Positions 24,385 to 36,372 of a DNA stretch of 41,731 bases are shown here, piece after piece. The notes under the pieces are model-generated. The model worked only from the letters and a program-made list of their open reading frames with translations. It did no database searches and was not told the origin of the DNA. Source of the DNA: Welwitschia mirabilis (Eukaryota); contig JBOZIK010000001.1 of the NCBI GenBank assembly GCA_051453625.1, positions 39,378,422-39,420,152 on the forward strand, written 5' to 3'. Each line of letters starts with the position of its first letter. Position 1 is the first letter of the stretch. Made by a program: the position numbers and the translations under genes.

Positions 24385-25463
24385 ATGTTCAGAACAAAGA
24401 TAGGTGTTTCAAGGAAAGGCAAGGAACCAGTTTCTGAAGAAGATTGGTTCACTTTTGCAGCAGCCAGAAAGGCATGGTTTGAAGGATTGGACAAGAGGCC
24501 TATTGCTTTTGAACGAAAAATTGACTATGATTCTTTCATAAGAGAAATGAAAATTGCCCACAAATTTGAAGAACAAGGGTGGATGAATGCATTAGACCCT
24601 GACACACAAGCTTCAACAAGAACAATACACCTATTTTATTATAATGCTCGTTTTGATTCTACCTCTTGGGTTATTTTCTCTAGAGTTTATGGGAGAGCAG
24701 TTATAGTAGACTTACAAGCCATCTCTCTCGTCACAAGTTACCCCAATGAGGGATTCTTTTATGAAATTACCTCTGTAAGCTCTTTACAAGAAGCTGTTTC
24801 TAAAGATGTGTTAACAAGTAAGCTTTGTGGAGAGAACATTCGTTGGAGAGCCAACCTTCCAACAAATAAGCTAAACTATTTTACAGAGTTTTTTTTTTTT
24901 TTCAAATTTCCACGCATAATCTAGTTTCCAAGCTAGGGCACAAAGATGAGGTTTCTCCATTTTGTGCATACATTTTGTTTTATCTGGGCATAGGTGTCAG
25001 AACTAACATGTGCAAATTTATTATGTTCTACATCAGCTAGTTTTTTGTTGCAAGTTACTCCAGCCTTCCGTTTGGTGGTCTCATCACAGCCATTTTGGAA
25101 AACCATCAGTTCTCCATTCAAAAAGATGAGGAGCTTGTGAAGGTTTCCAAACCCCTTGGTTTATATTCGCTTAAGAAAATGAACATCTTCACAGAAACCA
25201 TCGGGCTTGCTCCTTTTCCGAAAAAGAAATAGAGGACTAAAGAAGGGCCAAGCACGGGTACTGTATCCAATGCTGATTTGCTTCAGGCCATTCATGAGAT
25301 GCGTGATTTTACTAGGGCCACCACAAAAAAATTGAACAAAAAGATAGACCATGTATTATTTGGATTATCAGCTTATGGTCTTGACATTCCTGTGAGTTTA
25401 GAGAAAGAGGAGGCACTAGGGGAACAACTGACTTTAGCATCTTCCACTTCTCATTTTGCCTAG
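24385..25463 (+). pseudogene. Extra ('env-like') ORF of element C (B family)
   Basis: MFRTKIGVSRKGKEPVSEEDWF, LPFGGLITAILE and PKKK*RT motifs. Frameshift at a poly-T run near 24890. Confidence 0.87.
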
Positions 25464-25874
25464 TCTTCTCCTCTCTTATGCTTCCTCTCTTGGTCATATT
25501 ATCTATCTTCTCTTTTTGTACTCTAAACTATCTTTTCTACTATACTTATCTTACCATAATACAAAACATTTTCGTTTAAATTTCATGTGTCTTTTATTTG
25601 TTAATGTTACTTTTCATTGATGACAAAGGGGGAGAAAATATGTGATTATTTTTTGTTTTTGCTAGCAAATGAACACTGAGATTATCTACACAGCACAGGT
25701 GCATATCTATTCAATTATGGAGGAGAGCTCAAATTTCAGTGAATCAACAGATACATCTAATTATGTAGGAGAACTTTTTGTTCCAAAACAACCTCATGGC
25801 AATCTAACATCACCTTCTAAAAATCTTGAATTGAATAGTGCATACAAGTTTTTCATCATTGCAAAGGAGGAGAT

Positions 25875-26933
25875 TGTTGGAACATGTGTTTTCAATGATG
25901 AAATCAAACTCGTAAGTCAGAAAACAAGTCTTTATTAGATCAGGACGTCCGCCCTACATAATTAGGGATGTTCGAATATGTGCTTGGTTTTCTGTAGGGG
26001 GACATCTGTCCTATGAATCTAGGACGTCTGGCCTTGTATTCACTTTTTCTATACTGGGACGTCCACCTTGTGAAACAGGGACATTTGGCCCTGTATCCGG
26101 TTTGACTATACTGAGATGCCCGCCTTGTGAAACTGGGATGTCCATACCTATACACAGTATTTTATACTGGGATGTCCAGCCTACAAAATCGGGATGTCTG
26201 ATCCTATATTTAGTTTTTTGGGAAAAGCATATTAAAGCCAGGACGTCTGAGTTCCCTCGATGGGACGTCTAGCCTTTTATTCATTGGCATGGAAATATAG
26301 CCATTTATAGATGTTAGCTATGGGTTTTAACTTTTCAACGGCTCCCTTTTGGACATCTGGCACATGCTTTAAGGATCAAAACCCTAGCCATTCTTCCTCT
26401 ACTTAAATACCTCTCTATTGTATTGTAAAACATGTACCAATATTGAAAAAGATTTTTGTGCACTGCAAAAGTTTGATTGTACCAAACTTGCTTTACCGTC
26501 TGAAAGCTATTGGACTATTTTGAGTAATCTATCTTGAGTAGAAGATTATTATTTGAGCTTCGAAATGCTGATGACCTAATCTAGATCTAGGCACTCTTGT
26601 ATTAGAAATCTCTCTCTCACATTCTTAGTTGTAAGGGGCTCAAGGATTTGAGTAGTGGGCTGCAAGTCATATGAACTTTGTGTGAAGGAGTTGTTGTAAA
26701 GATTCCTTTGATAAAGGATCCAAGATATTGACAGCTGTTTGCTGCCCCCTGAGAGTGGAGTAGGCTTGGCCAAACCACTATAAAAAACTGGTGCACTTGT
26801 TTTGTTTTTACTTTATCAGTCTGTACTATTCTTGTTCACGTATTTTCAGATCTAAAATTATTGTTATTGCAAAATATTTTTAATACCTTATTCATCTCCT
26901 CTCCCCCCTTTAGGGTGCCTTCAGATCCTAACA
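25875..26933 (+). repeat. Element C 3' LTR (1059 bp)
   Basis: PPT AAAGGAGGAGAT, then TGTTGGAACATG...TTCAGATCCTAACA. Homologous to the B LTRs and carries six GACGTC pairs. Confidence 0.92.
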
Positions 26934-27459
26934 CATTAGCCTTATACAAGACGAGGATCTAGCTTTTTATAGCTTAAGAGTAATAAGATAGCTGTTGGAG
27001 CCTCAGATTTAAAGCCCCAACTGTTTATTACACAACCGTAGTTGTTTGGATTTCAAAAGACATTTCTTTGGCAGCTACAATGGTCAAATTTTTGCTTCAA
27101 CGTTCACTGAGCCAGATGTCCCATTCTTTTAGACTGGATGTCCTGGTTGTAATGCTGACGTCTGTCAAAATGGAGAGGGATCTTGGACATCCCATTCCAA
27201 GGTCCGGATGTCCCCACAGAGTCAACTGAATACAAGGTCAGACATCTTGATAACAAGTTCGAATGTCCCCATAAAAGTTTCCCGTGTACAAGTCCAGAGA
27301 TCCCGGTAACAAGGCTCGGACGTCCCTATACAATTTACTGCATACAGGGTTTGACGTCCCATCTAATTGGGTGGACGTCCCAATTGGCACAACTTCAAAA
27401 TTTCATGATTTTGGTGAAGCCAATGCATAGATTTAGACATCATTGAAACCTTGGATTCT
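26934..27459 (-). repeat. U3 fragment of a related SIRE LTR, interrupted by element C
   Basis: Reverse-strand TATAAAAAG at ~26960-26970 and a GA(C/T)GTC array at 27115-27380. Ends at a gap. Confidence 0.6.
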
Positions 27460-27902
27460 NNNNNNNNNNNNNNNNNNNNNNNNNNNNNNNNNNNNNNNNN
27501 NNNNNNNNNNNNNNNNNNNNNNNNNNNNNNNNNNNNNNNNNNNNNNNNNNNNNNNNNNNGATCAAAGAAAGGCAGAAGGTTGAAGGATGCAAGCAAAATG
27601 ACAAGAGATACATTGCTAGAAATGGCATGTTTTTGCCTTGCACTTAGTCTCTTATTTCATGTTTTTCCCCTTTGCTGGCCAACGTTTTGGGTTTATGTTG
27701 TTATATATTGCCGACATAAACAATTGGTGACATTTTGCAGACATTTTCAAAAGGTCTTTTCAAAAAGTTGGCCTGATAGAGACTTTGTAGCAAAAGTTTA
27801 TTGGGTGATATGTTACTCTTTTTTGACAACATGTTGCCCTACTTAAAATATTGAGTCTACCTATGAAACAAAATAGAAATGTGCACAACTAGTTTCTGTA
27901 TG

Positions 27903-28981
27903 CCCTTTTCTCTTTACACTTGATTCAAGGTCACTAATGATTTTGATCTAATGGGTGATCCCTTCTTGCTCTTAATGGAAGATTGGTGTGTTTGATGTGT
28001 GGGGAGACGGAGGACTCAGAGGACCATAATTAAGAGTAGATGTAGTTTTGGGAAAAGAGGGCTATGATAATAAAGCTTTAGAAGAAGCTATAGGTTTTGG
28101 TGTCTTTAGAGACCTAGGTGACGGTTTTGTAGATTGCAAAGGATGAGATGAAGTGGAATGTTGCATGGACCATCTTGTTCAATAAAAGAATTCCTCTCAA
28201 CAATATTAATATCACCAATCTTAATAAGAATAGATTCTTCAATTGTAAGAGTATTGTTATTGTAAACTCAATATGCTATCCTATTAACTGCATATCGTAG
28301 AAAACTACCTTCATTTTGTTTAGGACTCAATTTATCTTCATTGCTTTCATCTTTCAACATAAAAATCCATGTGTAACCAAAGACATGAAAATAGTTTATT
28401 CCCTTTCTTATGAGACCATAACTTATATAATGTACTTTTGGTGCTAAGTCTAAGAAAGATTCCATTGCTCACATAGCATGCATTGTTTATTGCTTCAACT
28501 CAAAACTTATGTGGTAGATTACGTTCATTCAACATTACCCTTAGCATGTCAAGACGTAGTTCATTCTTGCATTCAACCACACCATTCTATTGAGGAGTCT
28601 TGGGAGCAGAGGATTCATGGAATAATGCCAAAATTATTATAGAAATTTTCTTACCGTTTTCTACTTCTACAACATGATTGCTCTTCATTCTCTTGATTAG
28701 GTATCCTTTTATGTATGGAGCCTTGTACTCAGATTAGGAAATTCTTGAAATGCTTCATCCTTAAAATGAAGAAAACAAATCCATTCAAAAATCATCTATA
28801 ACACCCATAAAGAGGCTTCTAGTCTTTGTTGAACTTACTACATCTATGTGTAGAAGATCAAGTGATTTATAAGTAGTAATAACTCTTTTGCCCATAAAAG
28901 ATTTTATGGTTAGCTTCCCAATCCTATACGCACATAAGAACACTTTCTGCCCATTTTTTTTTAATTGATGAAGTTAATTGA
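27903..28981 (-). pseudogene. pol: Element F integrase and linker
   Basis: SAPKTPQ*NGVVECKNEL..DMLRVMLNE, KFWVEAIN.ACY, INYFHVFG, EGSFLRY and DHPLDQ motifs. Confidence 0.85.
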
Positions 28982-29982
28982 TGTTAGGATATATATTGCC
29001 AATTGATGTCAAAGTAATATGATCTTTGTAGAATGGACTGTGAGTTTTACAGATGCAAGAAGCCAAAGGATTCATGACCAAAAGATAGTTAAGACTTGGA
29101 CATGTTCTGATCTTTGTTGCTCCACTTTCTGTCCGAGGACTTACAAACTATAGGTCCAGTAGATTACCCTTGGGTGACTGGATCTGGAAGTGTTCATTTT
29201 GGGCTCCTGCAAGTCGAGTTGACCAGACTCGTATAGGGTCAATTCGATGTAGATGGGGTAGACCGAACTATATGCAATCTTAGAATGGGGTCAATTAGAT
29301 GATTCGTGGGGTTGAATGAACCTGCAAAAATGACTAAACGTGAACAGTTTTCTAACCGTTATCTCATCTAATCTACCCGTCGTAAATGTCAGAGTCCCTC
29401 CTAGCTACCTAATAGCTGTATTTTTGGGAGATCTATTTCAAGGGGTTGCAGTCAAAACTCAAGGGGTTGTACTTGTTGAAAACATAGGCTGTACTTTTGA
29501 TCTGAAAAACCTTACCCTTGTAACACCATTCTTCTCTTTCAGTATCTACTTTGTATTAATTCTAAGCAGTAAGGCTCCATTGTTTGTACCTGCCTTCGAG
29601 TGATTTAGAGCACAAAGGCTTCATTACATCCCTCATCTTCGAAGGAGCTAACAGGTTGAGACTTAGCCTGGTTGAGACTTAACTTGCAAAAGTCTGCTTT
29701 GTAAAGGTTGAAGGTTAGCCTTGAAAGCCTAGTGGATAGTGAAGTAATGGAGATCCGAAATATTCTTGGTTCTTAGCTATCTTCCGAGAGTGGAGTAGGG
29801 TCTATCCCAAACTAGCATAAAATTTGTGTCTAGTGCATTCTAATGCTTTAACTCTTTATTTTTACTTTTTCGAAGTATATACTAGTTAAATTTAATTTGT
29901 TTGAATAGTTAATTTCATCAAGTCTATTGTTTTTTAATATACTCTATTCACCCCACTCTCTAGGGTTAAAATTGATCTTTCA
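28982..29982 (+). repeat. Element D 5' LTR
   Basis: TGTTAGGAT...CTATTCACCCCACTCTCTAGGG...GATCTTTCA, followed by the PBS. Confidence 0.92.
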
Positions 29983-30052
29983 TTTGGTATCAAAGCCCTA
30001 GGTTGAGTCAACACTAAGATTTTAACCGATCTTTGACTTAATAACCCTAGCC

Positions 30053-31640
30053 ATGAGTTCTATTGCAAAAGGTCTCTGTGTTTCTAGGCCTGCACTATTT
30101 GATGGAACAAACTATAGATATTGGAAGGCTAAAATAAGAATATTCTTAAGATCTCTTGATGTAGATTATGAGGATATATTGATTAGAGGTTATATTCACC
30201 CTACTACAACTCAAAAGGATGACTAAGGCAATACTATGGTTGTGTTGAAACCAAAAGATAAATGAACTCTATTTAATAAAGCTAATGCCACTCTTGATGC
30301 TCGTGCATTAAATGCAATTTTTTGTGTTGTGACTGTAGACGAGTTTAAGAGAATAGTGAACTACAAGAGTGCCAAAGAAGCATGGGATATGTTTGCTATT
30401 GCTCATGAAGGGGTATCCACTGTTAAGCAAGCAAAGATGTAGATGTTGATTACAGGAAGAGACAGATGTTGATTAGAGGAAGAGACTTTGCAAGAATTCT
30501 TGCCTAGATCAATAGACATTGTAAACTCCATGGCAAGTCTTGGAGAAAAGATGGAGGAATCCAGAATAGGTGTTAAGATTCCTTCCCAAGAAATTTGAAT
30601 CGAAGATGACTGCGATCGAAGAAAAAAAAGATGTCAGTAAGATGCCACTAAATGAACTACAAAGTAACCGCAAGATTATGAGTTAAAATTTTCTAAGAAT
30701 AGGAAGAAAAGCCTTGTTTTAAAAAGTGTGCAAGAAGATACAAAAAGTGATAGGTCAGAAGATGAATTAGATGAGTATGAAGTAGCTCTTTTAACAAGAA
30801 AATTTAAAACACTCTTATCAAAAAGAAGAGATGGAGAAACCAGCAAAGGGTTTGGGCATATGGCAAAGAAATGTGCCAACAGCAGGAAACTGAAGGACCC
30901 AAAGAAGCCTTCACTAGTAGCCACTTGCAAAAATCTTGGAGAAGTTGAAGAAGAAAGCTCAGAGGAAGAGTTTGAAGAAAATGGAACATTATCTTTCATG
31001 GCACTTCTAACCCCCACTACTCAATCACCAAAATTCACTGACCATGATGATTTGGACCTGATGAAAGATGAAGAAGAGGAGGATGTTAAAGTCACATGTC
31101 ATGAATTGTATCAAGAATGCAAAAAGCTTGCTCTAAAAGTCAATGAATTGAACAAAACCATCAAGGATTTGAGAAGGGAGAACGAAGCCGTAAATTAAAG
31201 ATATAAAGAGATCCAAGATGAAAACACAAGTCTCATCAAGATTCACAGAAGGACCAAAGAAACGTGAAAAGATGCTTGGATCGAGATACCTTGCATATGA
31301 CAAAAAAGGTGATTGGGTATGAAGGCAATAGCGCATCAACGTCATCCACTGAGGTAAGTACTAAAGGCATAACATTTCCTACTAGAAATATCTCTTGTAA
31401 TTATTGTTGCAGACTTGATCATTCAAAATTAAACTGTCCATATAGAAAGATGTATTTTGCAAATATTAATGCTTTATTGTTTAAATTTGTTCCTAAAGAA
31501 CTCTCTATCCAAAAGCCAAGAAAGACCATGTGGATAAAAGCTAACAATTTAAAGTCTTTTTGATTTAAGCAGCTTTCAAAATTAAGAGTGGTTCTTGTTG
31601 GTACTTTGTTAGTGGGTGCTCTCGCCACATGTTTGAGGAT
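30053..31640 (+). pseudogene. gag: Element D gag (two zinc-knuckle regions) and protease N-terminus
   Basis: RPALFDGTNYRYWKAK, SAKEAWDM..AHEG, KMTAIEE, VALLTRKFK, KGFGHMAKKC, CNYCCRLDHSKLNC and WYFVSGCSRHM motifs. Confidence 0.9.
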
Positions 31641-32036
31641 TAAAGCTATTTCTCTTTCTTTCTTCCTTTGTCATTGATGGCAAAAGTGGGAGAAAATATG
31701 GTATTTTCAAAAAGATGTGGTGGATCTTTCTTAGTTTACACATATGATGCTTTTCTTTTAAATTTGTTGATGTGTATGGTTTTGTTGGTGTGTGCGTAGA
31801 ATTGCTATAGTTAAAATCTCATAGAACTCAAAATGATTTTGTTTCAAGAGTATTTTTTTTTCATAAAAGGAATTGTACCCTTTATTTAATATTGTTTTTA
31901 TGGCTTTGTGAAAGAGGAATCTTTTATTATGTCACTCTGCTTTATTAGCTGGATGAAGGGGGGAGCTTAAAAAATAAATTTTTTGTTTGGTTTGGAAATC
32001 ACTTATTTGTTTGCCATCAATGTCAAAGGGGAAGAT

Positions 32037-33061
32037 TGTTAGGATGTATATTGCCAATTGATGTCAAACTAATATGATCTTTGTAGAATGGAATGTGATT
32101 TTACAGATGCAAGGAGCCGAAGGATTCATGATCAAAAGATAGTTAAGACTTGGATGTGTTTTGATCTTTGTTACTTCACTTTCTATTCAAGAACTCAAAC
32201 TACGAGTCAACTAGATCACACTTGGGGTAATTGGAGTTGGAAGTGTCCATTTTGGGTTGCTTTAAGTCAAGTCGACTAGACCCATAACGAGTTGAGTGGG
32301 GATTTAGATGGGGTTGACCAGACTGTATGTAGTCTTAGAATGGGGTTAACTAGACGATTCTTGGGGTCGACCAAACTTGCGCAAATGACCAAACTTGAAA
32401 TGGTTTCGTAACTGTTATCTCACCTAATCTACTTATGATAAATGTCAGAGTCCCTCCCAGCTACCTGACAACCATATTTTTTGGAGATCTATCTAAAGAG
32501 GCTATAGTCAAAACTCAAGGGTTTGGACTTGTTCAAAAAACAAGCTATACTTTTGATCTGAAAAAGCTCACCTTTGTAACACCATTCTTCTCTCTCAGTA
32601 TCTATCTTTGTATTAAATCTAAGTAGTAAGGCTCCATTGTTTGTACTTGCATTTGTGTAATCTAAAGCACAAAGGGTTCATCCAATCACTCACCCTTGAA
32701 GGAGCTAGAAGGTTGACACTTAGCTTAGAAAAGTCTGTTTTACAAAGGTTTAGACTTAGCTTGCAAACGTCCGCTTTGTAAAGGTTGAAGGTTAGCCTTG
32801 AAAGCTTGGTAGTTAGTGAAGTAACCAAGATCCAAAACAGTCTTGATTGTTGTCTGTCTTCCAAGAGTGGAGTAGGGTTTATCCTGACCCACTATAAAAT
32901 TTGTGTCTCAATGCATTCTGATCCTTTAACTTTTTATATTTACTGTTTTGGAGTATATAATTGTTAGATGTTAATTTGCTTGAATAGTTAATCTCATCAA
33001 GTCTGCTATTTAATTAACAAACTCTATTCATCCCCCTTCTAGGGTTAAAATCGATCTTTCA
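32037..33061 (+). repeat. Element D 3' LTR
   Basis: PPT AAAGGGGAAGAT precedes it. Colinear with 28982-29982. Confidence 0.92.
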
Positions 33062-34492
33062 TATTCCACTTGCCAGGTTCAGTAGCTTGCATGGTTGGAT
33101 GAAAATCCATGTGTAGCCTTTGCAGGCATGGGATCTAGCCACTCAAAATTCATATGTAACCAAAGACATGTAAATAGTTTATTTGCTTTCTTATGAGACC
33201 ATGGCTTATATGATGTNNNNNNNNNNNNNNNNNNNNNNNNNNNNNNNNNNNNNNNNNNNNNNNNNNNNNNNNNNNNNNNNNNNNNNNNNNNNNNNNNNNN
33301 NNNNNNNNNNNNNNNNNNNNNNNNNNNNNNNNNNNNNNNNNNNNNNNNNNNNNNNNNNNNNNNNNNNNNNNNNNNNNNNNNNNNNNNNNNNNNNNNNNNN
33401 NNNNNNNNNNNNNNNNNNNNNNNNNNNNNNNNNNNNNNNNNNNNNNNNNNNNNNNNNNNNNNNNNNNNNNNNNNNNNNNNNNNNNNNNNNNNNNNNNNNN
33501 NNNNNNNNNNNNNNNNNNNNNNNNNNNNNNNNNNNNNNNNNNNNNNNNNNNNNNNNNNNNNNNNNNNNNNNNNNNNNNNNNNNNNNNNNNNNNNNNNNNN
33601 NNNNNNNNNNNNNNNNNNNNNNNNNNNNNNNNNNNNNNNNNNNNNNNNNNNNNNNNNNNNNNNNNNNNNNNNNNNNNNNNNNNNNNNNNNNNNNNNNNNN
33701 NNNNNNNNNNNNNNNNNNNNNNNNNNNNNNNNNNNNNNNNNNNNNNNNNNNNNNNNNNNNNNNNNNNNNNNNNNNNNNNNNNNNNNNNNNNNNNNNNNNN
33801 NNNNNNNNNNNNNNNNNNNNNNNNNNNNNNNNNNNNNNNNNNNNNNNNNNNNNNNNNNNNNNNNNNNNNNNNNNNNNNNNNNNNNNNNNNNNNNNNNNNN
33901 NNNNNNNNNNNNNNNNNNNNNNNNNNNNNNNNNNNNNNNNNNNNNNNNNNNNNNNNNNNNNNNNNNNNNNNNNNNNNNNNNNNNNNNNNNNNNNNNNNNN
34001 NNNNNNNNNNNNNNNNNNNNNNNNNNNNNNNNNNNNNNNNNNNNNNNNNNNNNNNNNNNNNNNNGGTTATGTTCATTCAACATTGTTCTTACCATGTCAA
34101 GAAGCAGTTCATTATTGCATTCAACCACCCCATTCTATTGAGGAGTCTTGGGAGCACAAAATTCATGGAATAATGCCAAAATTGTTAAAGAAACTTTCTT
34201 ACTGTTTTCGACTTCTATAACATGATTACTATTCATTCTCTTGATTATGTATCCTTTTATGTCTAGAACCTTCTACTCAGATTAGCAAATTCTTGAAATG
34301 CTTCGTCTTTAAAATGAAGAAAATAAACCCATTGAAAAATCATCTACAACAACCATAAAGAGGCTTCCAGTTTTCATTGGACCTACCATATCTATGTGTA
34401 GAAGATCACGTGATTATAGCTAGTAATATCTCTTTGCCCTTAAACATGTTCTAGTTAGCTTCCCAACCATACATGCACATAAGAATGGCTTC

Positions 34493-34534
<42 letters not shown>

Positions 34535-34930
34535 GTTTGTCTGTCTGTCTATCTGTTTGTCTATCAGTCAGTCAGTCATTTTTTTTAAATTGATGAAGTT
34601 AATTCAAGGAAACAATGTGACACTTGCTAGAGTGACTAGTTTGTGTGGTTGGATGAAAATCCATGTGTAGCCTTTGCAGGCCTGGGAGTTGGCCACTAAA
34701 TTTCGAGATGTCACTTGTGATTCATAGCCAAGCTATGAACATATTTAAGTCTCCTATGCCATAGAAAACTTTCATTGACTTGAGAGTAGCAGTAAGTTTT
34801 ATGTTTACCTTGTCCCACAAGAGAGTGCAAATTTCCTTATCTTTTCCTATTAGGGTTAGCTCATTATTATTGTTGATGTAAATTTCTTTCCCTTGGTGTA
34901 CAAAGGTAATGACACCTACTTTTGAGGGTG
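33062..34930 (-). pseudogene. pol: Element F GAG-pre-integrase, second integrase copy and protease remnants (gap 33217-34064)
   Basis: CAPKTPQ*NGVVECNNELLLDMVRTMLNE. Segment 34065-34605 is colinear with 28515-28981. Confidence 0.75.
34492..34578. repeat. Compound microsatellite (CT)n-(CTGT)n-(CAGT)n
   Basis: Directly visible in the sequence. Confidence 0.95.
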
Positions 34931-35399
34931 AGGTATCACGGGCTTGTTTTGGAGGGTTGTTGGAAATTAGATACCTTAAGAGAAGCCCTCATGGTACAAA
35001 GTAATCAGGCCACAAGATAGAGCTATATGGGCTTAAGCGTAGTAAAAATTACAAAACATGATAGCAAACTAAGAAAAAGCAAAAATGTGAAAGACAAAGG
35101 AATAAAGAGGGACTGGACTACCTGAGAATGTGGTGACTTTTAGACCATTCCAAGGTACCCTACAAAAGAGATTGGAGAAAATCTGTAGGGTTGGAGTAGA
35201 GGTTCCAACATTTGTTTTCCTCCTAAAGCTATGGTAGACTAATTTCTCAACCAAGGGAAGAAGGTGTTGGAGAAAATAGAGAAGTTTTTCCATGGGGAAC
35301 ATAATGAAGTGTATATCCAACGCGAGAAGATTAAAGAATGATGTGAGGACTTATGCTATTGCTCATGATCTACTCTCTGAAGGATTCCAAGTCTCATCA

Positions 35400-36070
35400 T
35401 GACAGAAAGGAGGTCCAAATCATGGGATGTCCTAGTTCTGCTGTGGGACATCTGCATTTTATTAGTGATACAAACAAGTTGATTGGGACCTAAGACATCC
35501 CAGGTTTCTGGTGGGACATCTAGGGTTGTGCTAGAGAAGACCTAATTTGAAGCTAGGATGTTCAAAGTTTTGAGTGGGATGTCCCAAGTTTATCTAGTGT
35601 CAACTAGAAGGATGTTGGGACACCTGAGATTCCAAGTGTAGCGTCTAAGGCATGGAGCAATGTCAATGTTGGGCAAAAGTCAAATTCGAGCTAGTGTGAA
35701 TCATATTGAAATCAACATATACCTAACCCCAACGGCTAGAGAACATACAGTGGAGGTACACAGACCTAGATCAACTAGTTGCAATCATTGTTCTTCATCT
35801 GGTCTTCTATGATCCTTAAATAAAAAGTTCTAGTCTTGTAATGAAAATGACAACTAGACTGTGTAAAATCTTTTTTGCTCTACTATATTCTTCTAATTCA
35901 AACTTGAGTATTCTCTCTACAATCTGGTTGTATTGCACGCTATTGTATAATGTATATGACACACCCTATCCTCGGGCTCTCTATTCGACAACATCTTGCT
36001 TTGTGTAGAAGTAGTGCATTGTAATAGTGTTCTTAAAACCCTTGGAAAAAGGTATGTGATTTTCAAAATA
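35400..36070 (+). repeat. Degraded SIRE LTR-like fragment
   Basis: Paired GGGA(T/C)GTCC/GGGACATC cores at 35424-35650, followed by CAACGGCTAG and a TATA-like tract as in the A and C LTRs. Confidence 0.55.
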
Positions 36071-36073
36071 ACT

Positions 36074-36372
36074 TTACAGTGCTTGCAAACCCTTCTCCCA
36101 AGTAGTGCATTCACATTCAGAAGTAATGTGTCTATAGCCTTTGCATTCACAACATTGAATAGTACTTAAAGAGCTCTTACCTTTATCATTACCTTGTTTG
36201 AATAATTGCTTTAACTGCCTTCCCCTTTTCTTGCATAGAAATCTTTTGAAGTTCTTGGCCAAGAGAGCCAAGTCATCATCTTCTAGATTTGCACTAGTTT
36301 GATCATCTTCTTCCTTCTTGGTGCACGCTTAAAAGCAATACTTTTCTTCTTGGGGGTTTCTTCTTCTGTTTG
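36074..36372 (-). pseudogene. gag: SIRE gag fragment with zinc knuckle
   Basis: KKSIAFK, DDDLALLAKNFKRFL and IQCCECKGYRHITSEC motifs. Confidence 0.85.

Larger units (their letters stand above)
23951..27902. mobile_element. Putative degraded DNA transposon (CACTA-like) inserted in element F, containing element C and another LTR fragment
   Basis: Inverted repeat at 23951-23978 and 27709-27735 (TGCCGACATAAAC.AATTG.T.ACATTT). Right end TTTCTGTATG resembles a ...TGTAGTG CACTA end. F coding sequence is colinear on both sides. Confidence 0.5.
28982..33061 (+). mobile_element. Non-autonomous gag-only SIRE element D (TR-GAG-like, 4080 bp)
   Basis: LTRs at 28982-29982 and 32037-33061, PBS TGGTATCAAAGCC at 29985, gag plus protease start, then the multi-PPT region. 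No clean TSD. Confidence 0.88.

Noticed and set aside
25944-26269. Repeat-spacer array superficially like CRISPR
   Set aside because: It lies inside a plant LTR. The cores are only 6-8 bp, the spacers are related to each other, and there are no cas genes.
28976-33066. TSD for element D
   Set aside because: The flanks ATTGA and TATTC do not match. Comparison with the empty paralog at ~34600 suggests a small flanking deletion.
33079-34220. Three ORFs over 300 aa in the track
   Set aside because: Artefacts of the 848-N gap.
34473-34670. ORF with a poly-SL tract
   Set aside because: Translation of the microsatellite.
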